Source of the DNA: Craspedostauros australis
Taxonomy: Eukaryota
Reading direction: 5' to 3'
Length of the DNA: 48,790 nucleotides
Assembly: GCA_030167865.1 (NCBI GenBank)
Contig: JALAGF010001016.1
Span: forward strand, 1-48,790
Made by a program: the position numbers and the translations under genes. This document shows positions 1-12,240 of this stretch, one piece after another (the first letter of the stretch is position 1; each line of letters begins with the position of its first letter). Under the pieces are notes generated by a model. It made no database searches, was not told the DNA's origin, and was given only the letters and a program-made list of their open reading frames with translations.

Positions 1-724
1 CGAAATCAGTAGTGACAGTTGCGTCAAAATTGCGGTCGCAGTATCGGCCGAGTATTTCACCGACATGTGCGTCGGTGGAAATGAAAACCACCATGTTGGT
101 TCCCCATGTTAGTACTAATCAAAACTCAGCAAATGGTATCAGGTGTTGCTGCCAATGATCCGTGACAAATGCAATGGGACTCGTTTTTTAGTCCTGGGAA
201 ATGTGCGGCATAAAATTACGGTAAATGAGTGAATTTTCCCAGCCGCTGTCAATATGTCGACATTTTCCCCTGCTCCCAGTGATTTTCATTGGACCTCTTT
301 CATGAACCTACTAACTGCTTTATTCTGCGAGCGTTATAATGGGGCATTCAAAATATGTTCAAAATGCATTTCGTCGCAAGTTCGTCGACAGGATCGCTTT
401 TCACGAATCAATGATTTGATCCAACGAGTCAACTCCAGACCCAAACACGAACGGAAACACGATGCGTTGGAAACACGCGATGGTCATTGTGCACGTTGGT
501 GTCTGTGCACGTTGGTGGTTGCTTTCCCACAACACGCGCAGATGCACGCCTCGCTCCAAATGCTTCCATTGCTCCCAACATTCCATTCCATCCCATTCAC
601 TGCCACCACTACTATTACCACTGCTCTGACGACGCCTTTACATCAGCAAGCCACATACCCACATATTACACGCACATACAAGATCCACATATACTCGCAG
701 GCCGCCGCCGCAACAGCGATAGTC

Positions 725-2029
725 ATGGGGCAATCATCTTCGTCGCTGTCAGTGTCGTCGTATCAATCATCCTACCAGGTCCCGACCGGCAAGCGCGTGA
801 TCTTCGACCTCCTCGATGACGAGCTGCAGCTCCTGGTTGCCAAGACGGATCTGACCACAGATGCTGTTCTGCGATGTGCCAAGGAGCTCCAAGCTCAGGA
901 GAAGCTGCTTGCGAACGAAACAGACAATGGCATTGACGACGATGAGACTGACAACGACAGCGACGACGGGAGCAACAGCAGTGCCAACTTGATATGGAAG
1001 GACAGTGAGTTCTATGAGGATTCAGGTGACGAGGATCGCACGAACGCAGCATCGAAGGAAGGATCGGACGATCGGTATCGCATCCAGGCCCAATTGGCGC
1101 TTCGTTTGGTGCAGATTTCCAGGGATGTTGCCAAAGTGCGGTTCCGTATCGTGCCCACCAAGATCAGGGAGCCTATGTTCTGGCGCTCTGTCTTCGTCCT
1201 GTTGGACCGGCAGTTGAACCAATCGTCGTCAAGGAACCCTTCGCGTCATGTTCTTCCACTTTCCATTGGTGAGGATGGACAGCAGCAAGCACTCGATGCA
1301 AGTGGCGCCCATGATGAGTCGATGAATGGCGCCATCTCGCCGGAATGGAATGACGCGGAACCAATGCCAGAGATGTCAACCATATTGATATCGTCGGAGA
1401 CAGAGGAGGGCGAGCAATGCGCGGATGGCAATCCAAGAGCCATTGGCAATCATCCACAGGCAAGTTCCCTCTCCATATCATCATCCTCGTCATCGCCATC
1501 CGAGGTGTCCACGTCCGTAGCCGGATCAGCGTCGACACCGACCTCCACACCACCATTGTCTGAGTTGGAATCGAGCAAAAACAATCATTCCGTCGCAAAC
1601 CAGCGTGTGATGGAGCTGGAAAGAGAGGTCGAGCGATTGCGGAAGATCATTCAACGACAGAAACGCAAGATGAAGCGGCAATCCAAGCAGGTGCAGGCGC
1701 AAAGTGGAAAGGATATCATTGCTGCAGCTGCCGCCACCGCTGCTGCTATTGACAAGAACGAAACGTCACAGAACGAGCAGCAGCATGTACCATCCCTGCC
1801 ACAACAGACAGCACATAAAGGCCAATGGATCATGGACAACGATTCGAAGGAGTTCCTGGAATTCCCAGAAGAACTGAAGCAGAACATGCGTGACGAGAAA
1901 CAGAAACGTCTGAATCAGGTGCGGTTGGAGATGCGGTTCATTTTGGATACGGATCGCATCGAAGATTCGAACGGGCGTTGGGAATGCTGCGGGAGCACGC
2001 AGTATGGCGGCGAATGTAGTACAAAGTAG
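725..2029 (+). CDS. BSD-domain-like protein with possible N-myristoylation site, coiled coil and C-terminal Cys-rich motif
   Basis: First convincing ATG is at 725 (MGQSSS) inside ORF 254..2029. KVRFRIVPTKIREPMFWRSVF resembles the BSD 'FW' motif. Coiled coil ELEREVERLRKIIQRQKRK; C-terminus GRWECCGSTQYGGECSTK. Confidence 0.6.
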   Translation: MGQSSSSLSVSSYQSSYQVPTGKRVIFDLLDDELQLLVAKTDLTTDAVLRCAKELQAQEKLLANETDNGIDDDETDNDSDDGSNSSANLIWKDSEFYEDSGDEDRTNAASKEGSDDRYRIQAQLALRLVQISRDVAKVRFRIVPTKIREPMFWRSVFVLLDRQLNQSSSRNPSRHVLPLSIGEDGQQQALDASGAHDESMNGAISPEWNDAEPMPEMSTILISSETEEGEQCADGNPRAIGNHPQASSLSISSSSSSPSEVSTSVAGSASTPTSTPPLSELESSKNNHSVANQRVMELEREVERLRKIIQRQKRKMKRQSKQVQAQSGKDIIAAAAATAAAIDKNETSQNEQQHVPSLPQQTAHKGQWIMDNDSKEFLEFPEELKQNMRDEKQKRLNQVRLEMRFILDTDRIEDSNGRWECCGSTQYGGECSTK

Positions 2030-2527
2030 ATCCGTGTGTATTCGCGTTTCGACGTGCTTTTGTTTGCGGCCATGAATGGGAAAGATCCGCGGGTGAATTC
2101 ATACGTGTAGGTGTAGGTGCACTCTAGTAAATGAAGATGGTTGGCTGATGGTTGAATGGCTCTGCTGCCATTCATTCATTCATTCTTGGTGCCGTCGTCG
2201 TTTGCAGAATCGAGAGGTCGAATAATGGGGGATCCGTGAAAAAGATGGCCACGCGTTTCCCTCCAAAGAACGCACACGAACGCATTCCGCGATCACGAGG
2301 TCGGATCCAAAAAAGATCGCGATGAGGTGTCACCACCATCGACAACACCACAAAAAAGGAAAAGAGCGCGCGAAAAAGAAGGAAAACTGCACTGTGCATG
2401 GTGACACAAAACGCAACCTCTTGATCTTGCATTCGTGGTTTGCGTCTTGTGTTGCGATCGGATCTGTTTCGGCTTCGGCCTGCTTCCGATCCTTTCTTCT
2501 TCCACTCTCTCCATCTCATTGCCCCTA

Positions 2528-5500
2528 ATGGCTCATCACAATAGTCAGCATCGTCAACAACGTCAACAACAACGCCAACAGAGAAAGCACCGCCAGCACA
2601 GTTCTCACAATAGCAACTTTCGCAGAAGCTCTCACAATTCAAGACAAGCATCATTCGCTTTCATCTGCCTGTTGGGTGCAAGTTTCCTGGTCAACACATC
2701 AGCAGCTTCATCCACTATATCAGCTTCAACCACCTTGTCAGCTTTCCCATCATTGACGATATCGTCATTCGTCCTCTCGTCGCACTCGCAACGACACTTC
2801 CAAGCGTTCCGTCCCACAAACTCAAACGGCGCCACCACATCTGCCACCGCATCTGCCACCACATTCTCTCACCTCACCACCAGCCTCGCCACCAGCAAGC
2901 CAGCAGCCACCATGACCACCGCTGACCAAACCACCCCGCTGATTCCCGGCGACGGCAAGTTCCATTTCGCCATCGATCGTGGTGGCACCTTCACCGATGT
3001 CTTCTGTCGCTTGCCGGACGGAAACGAGGTGGTCTCCAAGCTCCTTTCGGAGGACCCGGCGCACTACCCCGACGCACCCACCGAGGGCATCCGTCGCATG
3101 CTCGATCAGCATGACACCGTCAAGGATGATGTCACCGGTGAACGCCTGCGCACATACCCGCGCAAGCAGCCACTCAACACGTCCCAATTGGGTTCCATCC
3201 GCATGGGCACCACCGTTGCCACCAACGCCCTTCTCGAACGACAAGGCGCGCGCATGGCCTTGATCATCACGAAGGGCTTCGCCGATCTGCTCGAGATTGG
3301 CAACCAATCGCGCCCCGACATCTTCGATCTCACATGTGCCAAACCATCGCTGCTCTACGAGAGCGTCGTCGAAGTGGACGAGCGTGTCACGTTGTCGCAA
3401 TTTTATGAAAAGGATGCAGACCAAGAGCACGAATATCCAACCGCCATCGGCATCACGAAGGAGCAGGTCTACATCGTCCAGAAGCCAAATCTCGAACAGA
3501 TTCGGACCGAATTGGACAAATTGCGCGATGCTGGCATCACCTCCCTCGCCATCGCCTTCTGCCACGCCTACACCTTCGGCGATCACGAGCGCATGGTGGC
3601 CCAGATCGCCGAGGAGATGGGGTGTTTCGAACAGATCTCTCTCAGTTCGCAGGTCATGCCGATGGTGCAGCTCGTGCCGCGCGGACACACCTGCTGCGCC
3701 GCAGCTTACCTCACGCCCAAGATCACCACGTACCTCGCATCCTTCATCCAAGGATTCGATCACAATTTGCAGACCAACGTGCCGCTCACCTTCATGAAGT
3801 CGGATGGCGGTCTTGCGCCATTCAACGACTTTGGCGGTCATCAGGCCATTCTCAGCGGCCCAGCCGGCGGTGTCGTGGGCTACGCCAAGACGACCTACAG
3901 CAAGAAAGACAAGGTCCCCGTCATTGGATTTGATATGGGCGGAACTTCCACGGATTGTTCCAGATATGACGGCCAGTGGGATCATGTTTTTGAGACCGTC
4001 ACTGCCGGTGTCGCCATCCAAGCGTGAGTCCACCGTTTTTTTTGGGTCATCGCGTGTTGTATTGGATCGTGCACTCCATTGCGTTGCATCGCATGCTGTA
4101 CGAGTGCGCGTGGCCCGTTGACCAATGGACCACGCACAATGATAACCATCGTTATTTTTGTGCTCAAACACCCACCATGTCACTTGTGAACTCAGTGTGT
4201 CTCACCTCGCCCTTGTCCTTCCACCACTACCAACCAACAACCAACAACCAATCAATGCAAACAACGCCAACAACTCCAACAATCGTACGCAGCCCACAAC
4301 TCGATATCGTGACCGTCGCGGCAGGTGGAGGCAGCCGCCTCTTCCTCGATCGTGGGATGTTTATCGTGGGTCCCGAAAGTGCCGGTGCTCATCCAGGCCC
4401 CGTGTGCTACCGCAAGAACGGCCACCTCGCCGTCACCGACGCCAACGCGGTCCTGGGTCGCGTCCTGCCGCAGCATTTCCCCCACATCTTCGGACACAAC
4501 GAAGACGAACCGCTCGATGCGGAAGGTGCGCGCGCTGCATTCGAAGAGCTCTCCTCTAGAGCGGAGGGACAGGGACGAAGTCCCGAGGAGCTGGCGTACG
4601 GTTTCCTGCAGGTCGCCAACGAGGCCATGTGCCGTCCAATTCGCAACCTCACGCAGATGAAGGGCTTCGACATCACCACCCACAAGCTCGCGTGCTTCGG
4701 CGGTGCCGGTCCTCAGCACGCCTGCGCGATGGCCAAAGCTCTGGGAATGAAACAGGTCTTCGTCCACAGGTACGGTGGCATCCTGTCCGCCTACGGCCTC
4801 AGCCTCGCCGACGCCGTCCATGAAGAGCAGACTCCAGCGGCCGACATCTACGATGGAAAATTGCCAGCCACCGGTCTGGAAAGTCTCAACGCACTCGCCA
4901 CAACAGCGAAACAGCAGCTCGTCAAGCAGGGCTACGAGGAATCGGACATTGTCATCGAACGATTCGTGAACATGCGATACCAGGGCACCGACAACGCCAT
5001 CATGATCCCGGAAAGCGAAGAAATTACCATGCATGAAGCCTTCGAGGGACAGTACCAGCGAGAGTTTGGTTTCACGTTGAAGGGACGCGATCTGTTGGTC
5101 GATGATTACAGAGTCCGAGCGGTCGTGCTTGGTCAGGAACTGGCCGACCCGCCAACACCACCATCTCTGGGCACGCCAGAGAGCACGTTGGGAACCACGC
5201 GTGCGTATTTTGAGAACGGATGGGAGGAAGTGCCGGTGTACAAGGTCGACGACCTCAAGCCAGGGCACGAAATCCTGGGACCCTGCATCATCGTCCAGCC
5301 AATCAGTACCGTCGTGTTGGAGGTCGGTTGCCATGCCGTCATCACGGCCAACGGTGACATCGCCATCACCGTGGCATCGTCATCATCAGCGGAGGACGAT
5401 GAATCCAGCACCGCGATCACGCAGATCAAGGAGGATCCGGTGAAGCTATCCATCTTTTCGCACCGCTTCATGGGCATCGCCGAGCAGATGGGACGCACGC

Positions 5501-7020
5501 TGCAACGCACGGCCGTCTCCGTCAACATGAAGGAGCGATTGGACTTTTCCTGCGCCCTGTTCACCAAGGACGGTGGACTCGTGGCCAATGCACCGCACAT
5601 CCCAGTGCACTTGGGCGCCATGCAAGCCGCGGTGCGATTCCAGGTCGAGTACTGGAACTCGGAAGGCAGGGAAGGCATCCAGGAGGGAGACGTCTTGGTC
5701 TCCAACCACCCTCAGCTCGCAGGTGGTTCTCACTTGCCAGACATCACAGTCATCACTCCAGTGTTCTACAAGGGCGAGATCATCTTCTTCGTGGCTAGCC
5801 GTGGTCATCACGCCGACATCGGAGGGATCGCGCCAGGTTCCATGCCACCGCACTCGAAGTGCCTCGAGGATGAGGGTGCCATGATCGTGGCATTCAAGCT
5901 CGTGCGAAACGGCGACTTCCAGGAGGCGGGGATCACGGAGATCCTCAATTCGCCTTCCAAACTTCCAGGCAACTTCGGCACACGCAACCTCCGCGACAAC
6001 CTCAGCGATCTGCGTGCCCAGGTCGCCGCCAACAACTCCGGCATTCGCTTGCTGCAAGAACTGGTGCACGAATACAGCTTGCATGTTGTCGAGGCCTACA
6101 TGGGCTTCATCCAGAACAATGCCGAACACTCCGTGCGTGCCATGCTCAAGGACTTCGTCGCCAAGCACGGCGCCACGACCACGAAGGCCATTGACTACAT
6201 GGACGACGGATCGCCGATCGCCCTGACCATCACCATCGATCCAGATTCCGGCAACGCCGTGTTCGACTTTACAGGCACAGGACCACAGGTGCTTGGCAAC
6301 CACAACGCCCCTCCTGCAGTAACATACAGCGCCGTGATCTACTCCCTGCGTTCCCTCGTCGGCAAGAGCATCCCGCTGAATCAGGGTTGCCTGGCCCCCA
6401 TCGAGTTCATCATTCCCAAGAACACGCTCCTGAACCCCTCGTCCGACGCCGGCGTCGTGGGCGGCAACGTCCTGACCTCGCAGCGCATCGTCGACGTCGT
6501 GCTGCGCGCCTTCGAGGCCTGCGCGGCCAGCCAGGGCTGCATGAACAACCTGACCTTCGGCGACAAGAAGTTCGGATACTACGAGACCATCGCCGGTGGC
6601 GCAGGCGCGGGTCCCACCTGGCATGGGCGCTCCGGCGTCCACACGCACTGCACCAACACCCGCATCACGGATCCCGAGATCCTGGAGCGCCGGTACCCCG
6701 TGCTGCTGCACGAGTTCTCCCTGCGCAAGGGGAGCGGCGGCACCGGCAAGTTCAGCGGCGGGGACGGCGTCGTGCGCGAGTTGGAGCCGTTGCGGCCACT
6801 CGTGATGAGCATCCTGAGCGAACGCCGGACGCTGCATCCGTACGGACTGGAAGGTGGCGGGGAAGGTGCCTGCGGACGCAACCTGCTGATCAAGAAGGAC
6901 GGGGTGACCGTGAACATGGGCGGCCGATGCAGTGGCAGCCTGGGCGTTGGAGAACGTCTGCGCATCGAAACGCCAGGTGGCGGTGGCTACGGCGCGGCTG
7001 AAGAGGAGAAGCAGGTGTAA
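2528..7020 (+). CDS. OXP1: 5-oxoprolinase (ATP-hydrolysing; fused hydantoinase A/B-type), 2 exons
   Basis: Motifs [81 protein letters not shown] and TPGGGGYG. Intron 4024-4292 (GTGAGT..CAG) restores 'VAIQAPQLDI'. Start is 2528 or 2912. Confidence 0.95.
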
Positions 7021-7243
7021 CAGACGGGCTAAAATTAAATTAAGGTGGAGCACAATCGAGGCGTCGACGAAGTACCGTACGAAGAATTAACGCTCTCTTC
7101 ATTGTGATTACAGCATATTTGTGATGCAAACACTTCGCACTCACGTTCGTCCATGACTTCCTCGTATAATACATTGCACAAGCACCAAACTTCAAGTCTA
7201 CGACTTGTGTGTAACAGTACTGCAAGATGATTATTATTGTCCT

Positions 7244-8395
7244 TTAAGCACCACCCTCCAGTTGCTGCTGCTGAATGTACCGGATTGCGTAGGCAGCCGC
7301 AACGACCACCAAGACAGCCAGCAAGAGGATGTACCGCCGGCGTGTGCGTCGCTGTTGGCGATCACGGGCAAGCACGCGCAACACGTGCAGGACCTTGCGC
7401 TCTTGCGGCAGCAGCATGAGTTCGACTGCGGAATACGTCTCATCCGATTCCGAGCATGTGGTGTCGGTGCAGTTGATGTTGCAATGCTGCTGTTCTGGAT
7501 CATCACGAAAGCAGTCTGGCGATGCGGCGTCATCGACTTCGTCATCTGGATATTGTATGACCTTGCCCAGGTCCGTGGTTTGATCTTCGACATGATGCTG
7601 CAGTGGATGCCGCTTCCAGTCCTCGATGCGTTTACGCAGTGCTGTGGCTGGCTGAAGGTCCTCCATGCAGCAAGGTTTGCGTGAAACGGGACACATCTCG
7701 TGAATCTCCAACCAATCCAAGATGGCGGTGCGTTCGAAGATGTGGCCGCAACCATCGAAGACGGGCTCTTCGTACAGCTGCAGCGTCAATGGACAGACGT
7801 AGCTTGGAGGTGGCGTTAGTTGCTCTCGCGATACCGGCAACTGTGATGACGACGGAGATGCATCATTGCTGCCATCAATCGTGCTGTTGCCAATGGTGTT
7901 GGTGGTGCTCCTGCTGCTGTGGCGGTGATGGCTCGGCAAAGCAATCTCCGATGTGTTGGAGAGCTGCTCGTGCTGAGCCGATTGATGGCTGGATTTGGAG
8001 AATGGCATCATCCTTGACATGCGATTCATGACAGAGGGTTTGGCTTGCGTCGTCACTTCCATCGGTCGCATCGTTGATGCTGCTGTTGTTGTTGTTGCTG
8101 TGTTGGCGTTGCGTTCTTGAGAACCGTTGTGAATGCCATCATCGTGGATGTCATCGTCCAGATCATTGATGGTAAACATGCCATGCTCAAAGTCGACGCC
8201 TGTCAAAGCGCCCCTTTCTTCGTCGAGATCATCACGATACGGCTGTTGCCCCATCGCTTCGTCTGCGCTCTCAGAGACACCGCCCTCACCACGAATGAGA
8301 CTGTCGCCTTGCTGATGCCCGGCTTCGGTTGTTCCTGCATCCGTGCCTCCATTTGCGGCTCCCACTTGGTAATACGAATGGCGTGAAAACTTCAT
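7244..8395 (-). CDS. U-box domain protein (putative E3 ligase) with C-terminal transmembrane helix
   Basis: U-box PPSYVCPLTLQLYEEPVFDGCGHIFERTAILDWLEIHEMCPVSRKP; hydrophobic tail YILLLAVLVVVAAAYAI; start taken at ATG 8395 (MKFSRH). Confidence 0.8.
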   Translation of the reverse strand: MKFSRHSYYQVGAANGGTDAGTTEAGHQQGDSLIRGEGGVSESADEAMGQQPYRDDLDEERGALTGVDFEHGMFTINDLDDDIHDDGIHNGSQERNANTATTTTAASTMRPMEVTTQAKPSVMNRMSRMMPFSKSSHQSAQHEQLSNTSEIALPSHHRHSSRSTTNTIGNSTIDGSNDASPSSSQLPVSREQLTPPPSYVCPLTLQLYEEPVFDGCGHIFERTAILDWLEIHEMCPVSRKPCCMEDLQPATALRKRIEDWKRHPLQHHVEDQTTDLGKVIQYPDDEVDDAASPDCFRDDPEQQHCNINCTDTTCSESDETYSAVELMLLPQERKVLHVLRVLARDRQQRRTRRRYILLLAVLVVVAAAYAIRYIQQQQLEGGA

Positions 8396-9213
8396 CTTGT
8401 TTGGAGGCAAAATACAGTATTGTGTGTAGGAATGGAGAACTCTAATCGACTGATGCTCAACTGAAGCCCTAGCTGGTTGGAGTATGGGACAGTGTCGCGG
8501 AGTGTAGATTCTTCCGATGATGGTGTACTTATGTTTTGTAGTCGTATGGCATGCACACACACGCTCCTCTCTTTCTCTGTCTTTGTTGTCTTTGGTGCCT
8601 CCTCCTGTTTGTGTCGTTCTTGGTTGTGTTGTTCCTGGCTGGATTGTTCTTGCTCTTTCTCCTTGTGTTGCCTCTTGTCGCGTTGCTTTCCGTCGACCGA
8701 AAAGACACGGACACGCACACGCGCACGATCAACCAACAGTTTCGCCGCGTTTTCGTGAATCTCCTCCGTCTTACCGGATTCCCATCATTCGTGCCTCCAC
8801 TCATTCCCGGATTTGACGTCATCCGAATTGTTCTTCCGCGCCAAAACGAGAACTTGTCCGCAAAAAGTCGAAGAAGTCCAATTCACGCGTTGACCAACAT
8901 GACTGCAAATTTGGCGAAAATGTGCATCCACGATCCAATCGGGTCACGATGACCAATTCGCCGACTTTGACACAAACACCAAAATCTGTCAACGAAAGTC
9001 ATGGTGATGGCGTTGACGATGGTGTTGACGATGGCGGCGGCCACACAACGAGGACCGAACGCACCAGCGACGGACACAATCTCACCCGCGCAACAACGGT
9101 GCAGAGCAACAAGGAGAGCAGACTAGGGCAGGTTGAAGTGGAAGCTGATACCTGTGTGTCCGTGGAAAGAGAGTCATCAGGGCTGTTGGAGGTTGCGTCT
9201 TCTCTTGGTCAAG

Positions 9214-11673
9214 ATGTCCGCAGCACAGCAGGGACAACCGAAGAAGCCGCCAGGCTTCATCCAGGGGCAAGCGCAGCGACAGGCATTGCCAGCCCGCCAT
9301 TCCAAAGCCTTGTCTTCCGCACGCGGCAGCTTCCTCACCAATTACTTCCAGATCGTGCTGTTCCTCTTCGGCGCCGTCTCCCTCATCATCAACACGCAAT
9401 TCCTGGACATCGTCGATGATCAGGTATCGCCCATCGAGGATCATCTCTACAACTCCATCGGTGGTCGCGTCTCGCAGCAGATGCGGGAGCACATCGCCAA
9501 GCAGAATCGACACAACAGCTTCATACCGCACCGCAATATCCACACGAGCCATGCGGCGAAGGCCGCCATTGCTGCGTGGAATGCGAAGCATCCGTCCCTG
9601 CAATCGCCGTTGGATCCCTTGCGGGCAGAGCAGAAGGAGGAGTCTCGCAAACTGGATCCGTCCCACAAAATCGGCGGTCTCAATTGCGATCGGTACGGTG
9701 GGCCATCGCCAGAGGCCGCGCAAGAGATGGTCTACTGGGAAGACATTCCCTCTGATTCGAAATACATCAGTCCCTTCAAGAGCGACACCGAAACGCAGTA
9801 CATGACCTTCGAACCGGACCGGGGTGGATGGAACAACATCCGGATGAGCATGGAGACCGTGTTGGTGCGTGCTCATGATGATTGTGCGGGGTGTCATGTT
9901 GCTACAGAAGGCTGTCGTTGGTGTTCATGGCACTGCAATCAATCAACGACATCGTTCCCATCTCGTGGCATCTTCGGCATTTCTGTCTCCTTGTTGCGTA
10001 CGAATAAAGTTGGTTTGTCAACTCTCACAATCGTTGATTGTTGATCCTCCACTCGCGCTGCACTCTGTACGCTGCATCTCGCCAACGCACAAACGAATGG
10101 ACGAACGAATGACTCCCACAACTGCGACCAGGCCATGGCATTTGCGATGGGACGCACGTTGGTGTTGCCTCCGGACCAGTCCATGTACCTGCTGCGCAAG
10201 AATGACAACAAGCAGCGTCGTCACTTCTCTTTCAACCACTTCTTCCACATGGAATCGATCAGCAACGAGCACGTGGGGTTCAAAATCATCACCATGAAGG
10301 AGTTCCTGGAGACCGTCGCGATGACAGGGCAGATGAGGGACACCGTCACGGGCCAAGTCACATTCCCGCCAGGCAACGTCACAGAGTGGGACGGAAAGAA
10401 CAAAGATCAGATTCAGCAGCTCGATAAGTGGTTGCAGCACTCCACGCGCAGCACCGTCTGGTCGCCCAACGACTGCATGGCCACCTTCCCACGTTCCAAG
10501 GACCCCAAAGACGCGCAGGAACTGTGGAACGATTACAACGACGTGCAGGCCAACGGCGGATTCCCAATGTTCGACAAGTTCGTTGGCAAACCAAACCCCG
10601 TCAATTCCACGGCCAAGATCCGCATGAAGGAGAATTGGGGCAGGCGCAAGACCCTGTGCATGTACGACGAAGAAATGCAAAAGTCCAAGGTCGTCCATTT
10701 CCCCGTCATTGCCGGCAGGAGGAATCAGGAGGCGGAGGCACGGTTGCTGGTGCATTTTTATGCCTTCCTCTTCTTTCAGGATTGGCGTCAAGATCTGTGG
10801 ATGGTGAGTTGTGATACTTCAGTTCCTTTCGTTTGTTCAGCGTTTCTATTGCTTGGTCATTGTGCCGTGCCATGATTGCATCCTTTCGCCTTTCGTATTG
10901 ATGCACATTATCATCTCCTTCATTCGTGCCTCACTCTCGCATACTCTGACCACCAAGCGAATCCGCAAACAAACACAAACTGCAATCAATCAATCGATCA
11001 ACTTCTGCTCTCCAATGCTACCTACAACTGGCAGAAACGATTCATCCGCGACCACGTGCGTTATGTCGATGAGATCCAATGCGCAGCAGCCCGTGTGGTC
11101 GAAGCCGTTCGGAAACGATCCAAACGCAATCCCAAAACACCCAGTCCCACCGGCGAGTTTGACAGCTTCCATATCCGAAGAGGCGACTTCCAATACACAG
11201 TCACCCGATTCGACACACCCAAGATCATGCAAATATCCCAATCCAAACTGGTGAAAGGTGGCACGATCTACATTGCTACGGACGAACGCAACAAGTCCTT
11301 CTTCGACCCGATGCGGGAGCATTACGATCTCGTCTTCCTCGACGACTTCAAGGAGGAGCTGGGTGATCTGAACACGAACTACTTCGGCATGGTGGATCAG
11401 CTGATCGCTTCGCGCGGCCGCACCTTCTTCGGCTGCTGGTTTAGCACCTTCACCGGCTACATTAACCGCCTGCGAGGATATCACGCTGACAACCTGCAGC
11501 TGCCAGGATACGAGGACGGGATCATCAATTCCTACTACTACGCCTTGGCCGATCGTTTCGACCACATGCGGACTTTCTTCCCCGTTAAGCGCGAGTTCTA
11601 CGCAAGGGAGTTCCCCACTAGCTGGAGATTGATCGACACAGGCGTCGGCGAAGTCACGGACGGCAGACAATGA
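9214..11673 (+). CDS. GDP-fucose protein O-fucosyltransferase-like type II membrane protein, paralog 1 (3 exons)
   Basis: Exons 9214-9864, 10132-10803, 11035-11673, joined in frame by GT..AG introns. N-terminal TM; motifs GGWNNIRMSME, GRTLVLPP, HIRRGDF, IYIATDE, DQLIASRGRTFFG and STFTGYINRLRGY. Confidence 0.85.
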
Positions 11674-12240
11674 TGACCTGCATGGGCATCAAGATTTGTC
11701 ATGATTCGTATCCAGTTCATTTATGATTAGCGCACCACTGAAGAAGACCAATAGTTGAGATAAGTATGAACAATAGAGGAGTGTAACCTGCATCATGCTT
11801 GCACTGCACAACTCTGCTACCTGTAACCAGCTGCGGTGTCGTGCGGGATGCCAGCAACCATCGCCAGCAAAAGAATCGCCCCAACGAGACTCGCAATTCT
11901 GTTGTGCATTGTAGACTATCACTAGTGTAGTTTGAAGGCTGCTTGAGCCCTTTGATCAAATCGGTTGGCGGGAATGATCAGTCGTGGACGTTGTGTTTGC
12001 TTGATTTCCGAAAGAGAAGCGAAAAAATGACGGTTTGGTCGTGCGTTGTGTGCGTTTTCCTCACCGATTTGACTACCGCCCTTGCCAAAACACCAAGCAA
12101 CTCACTTCGTTGCACGTCACTGCTTCCGATCACTTCGCAACATGGCAACCATCACAGCTTGAATCATCATCAACCCGACCTCCAGTATCTTCGTCCGCAG
12201 ACCCATCAAAGGGAAACTTCTCCATTTGGCAGGGCAGAGG

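Noticed and set aside
254-724. 157-aa N-terminal extension of the first ORF
   Set aside because: Composition looks like promoter/5'UTR (AT-rich, then CA-rich). ATG 725 with MG is the more plausible start, though the extension is not strictly excluded.
2822-7053. Long minus-strand ORFs (453, 360 and 535 aa)
   Set aside because: Antisense shadows of the codon-biased oxoprolinase gene, with no recognisable motifs.
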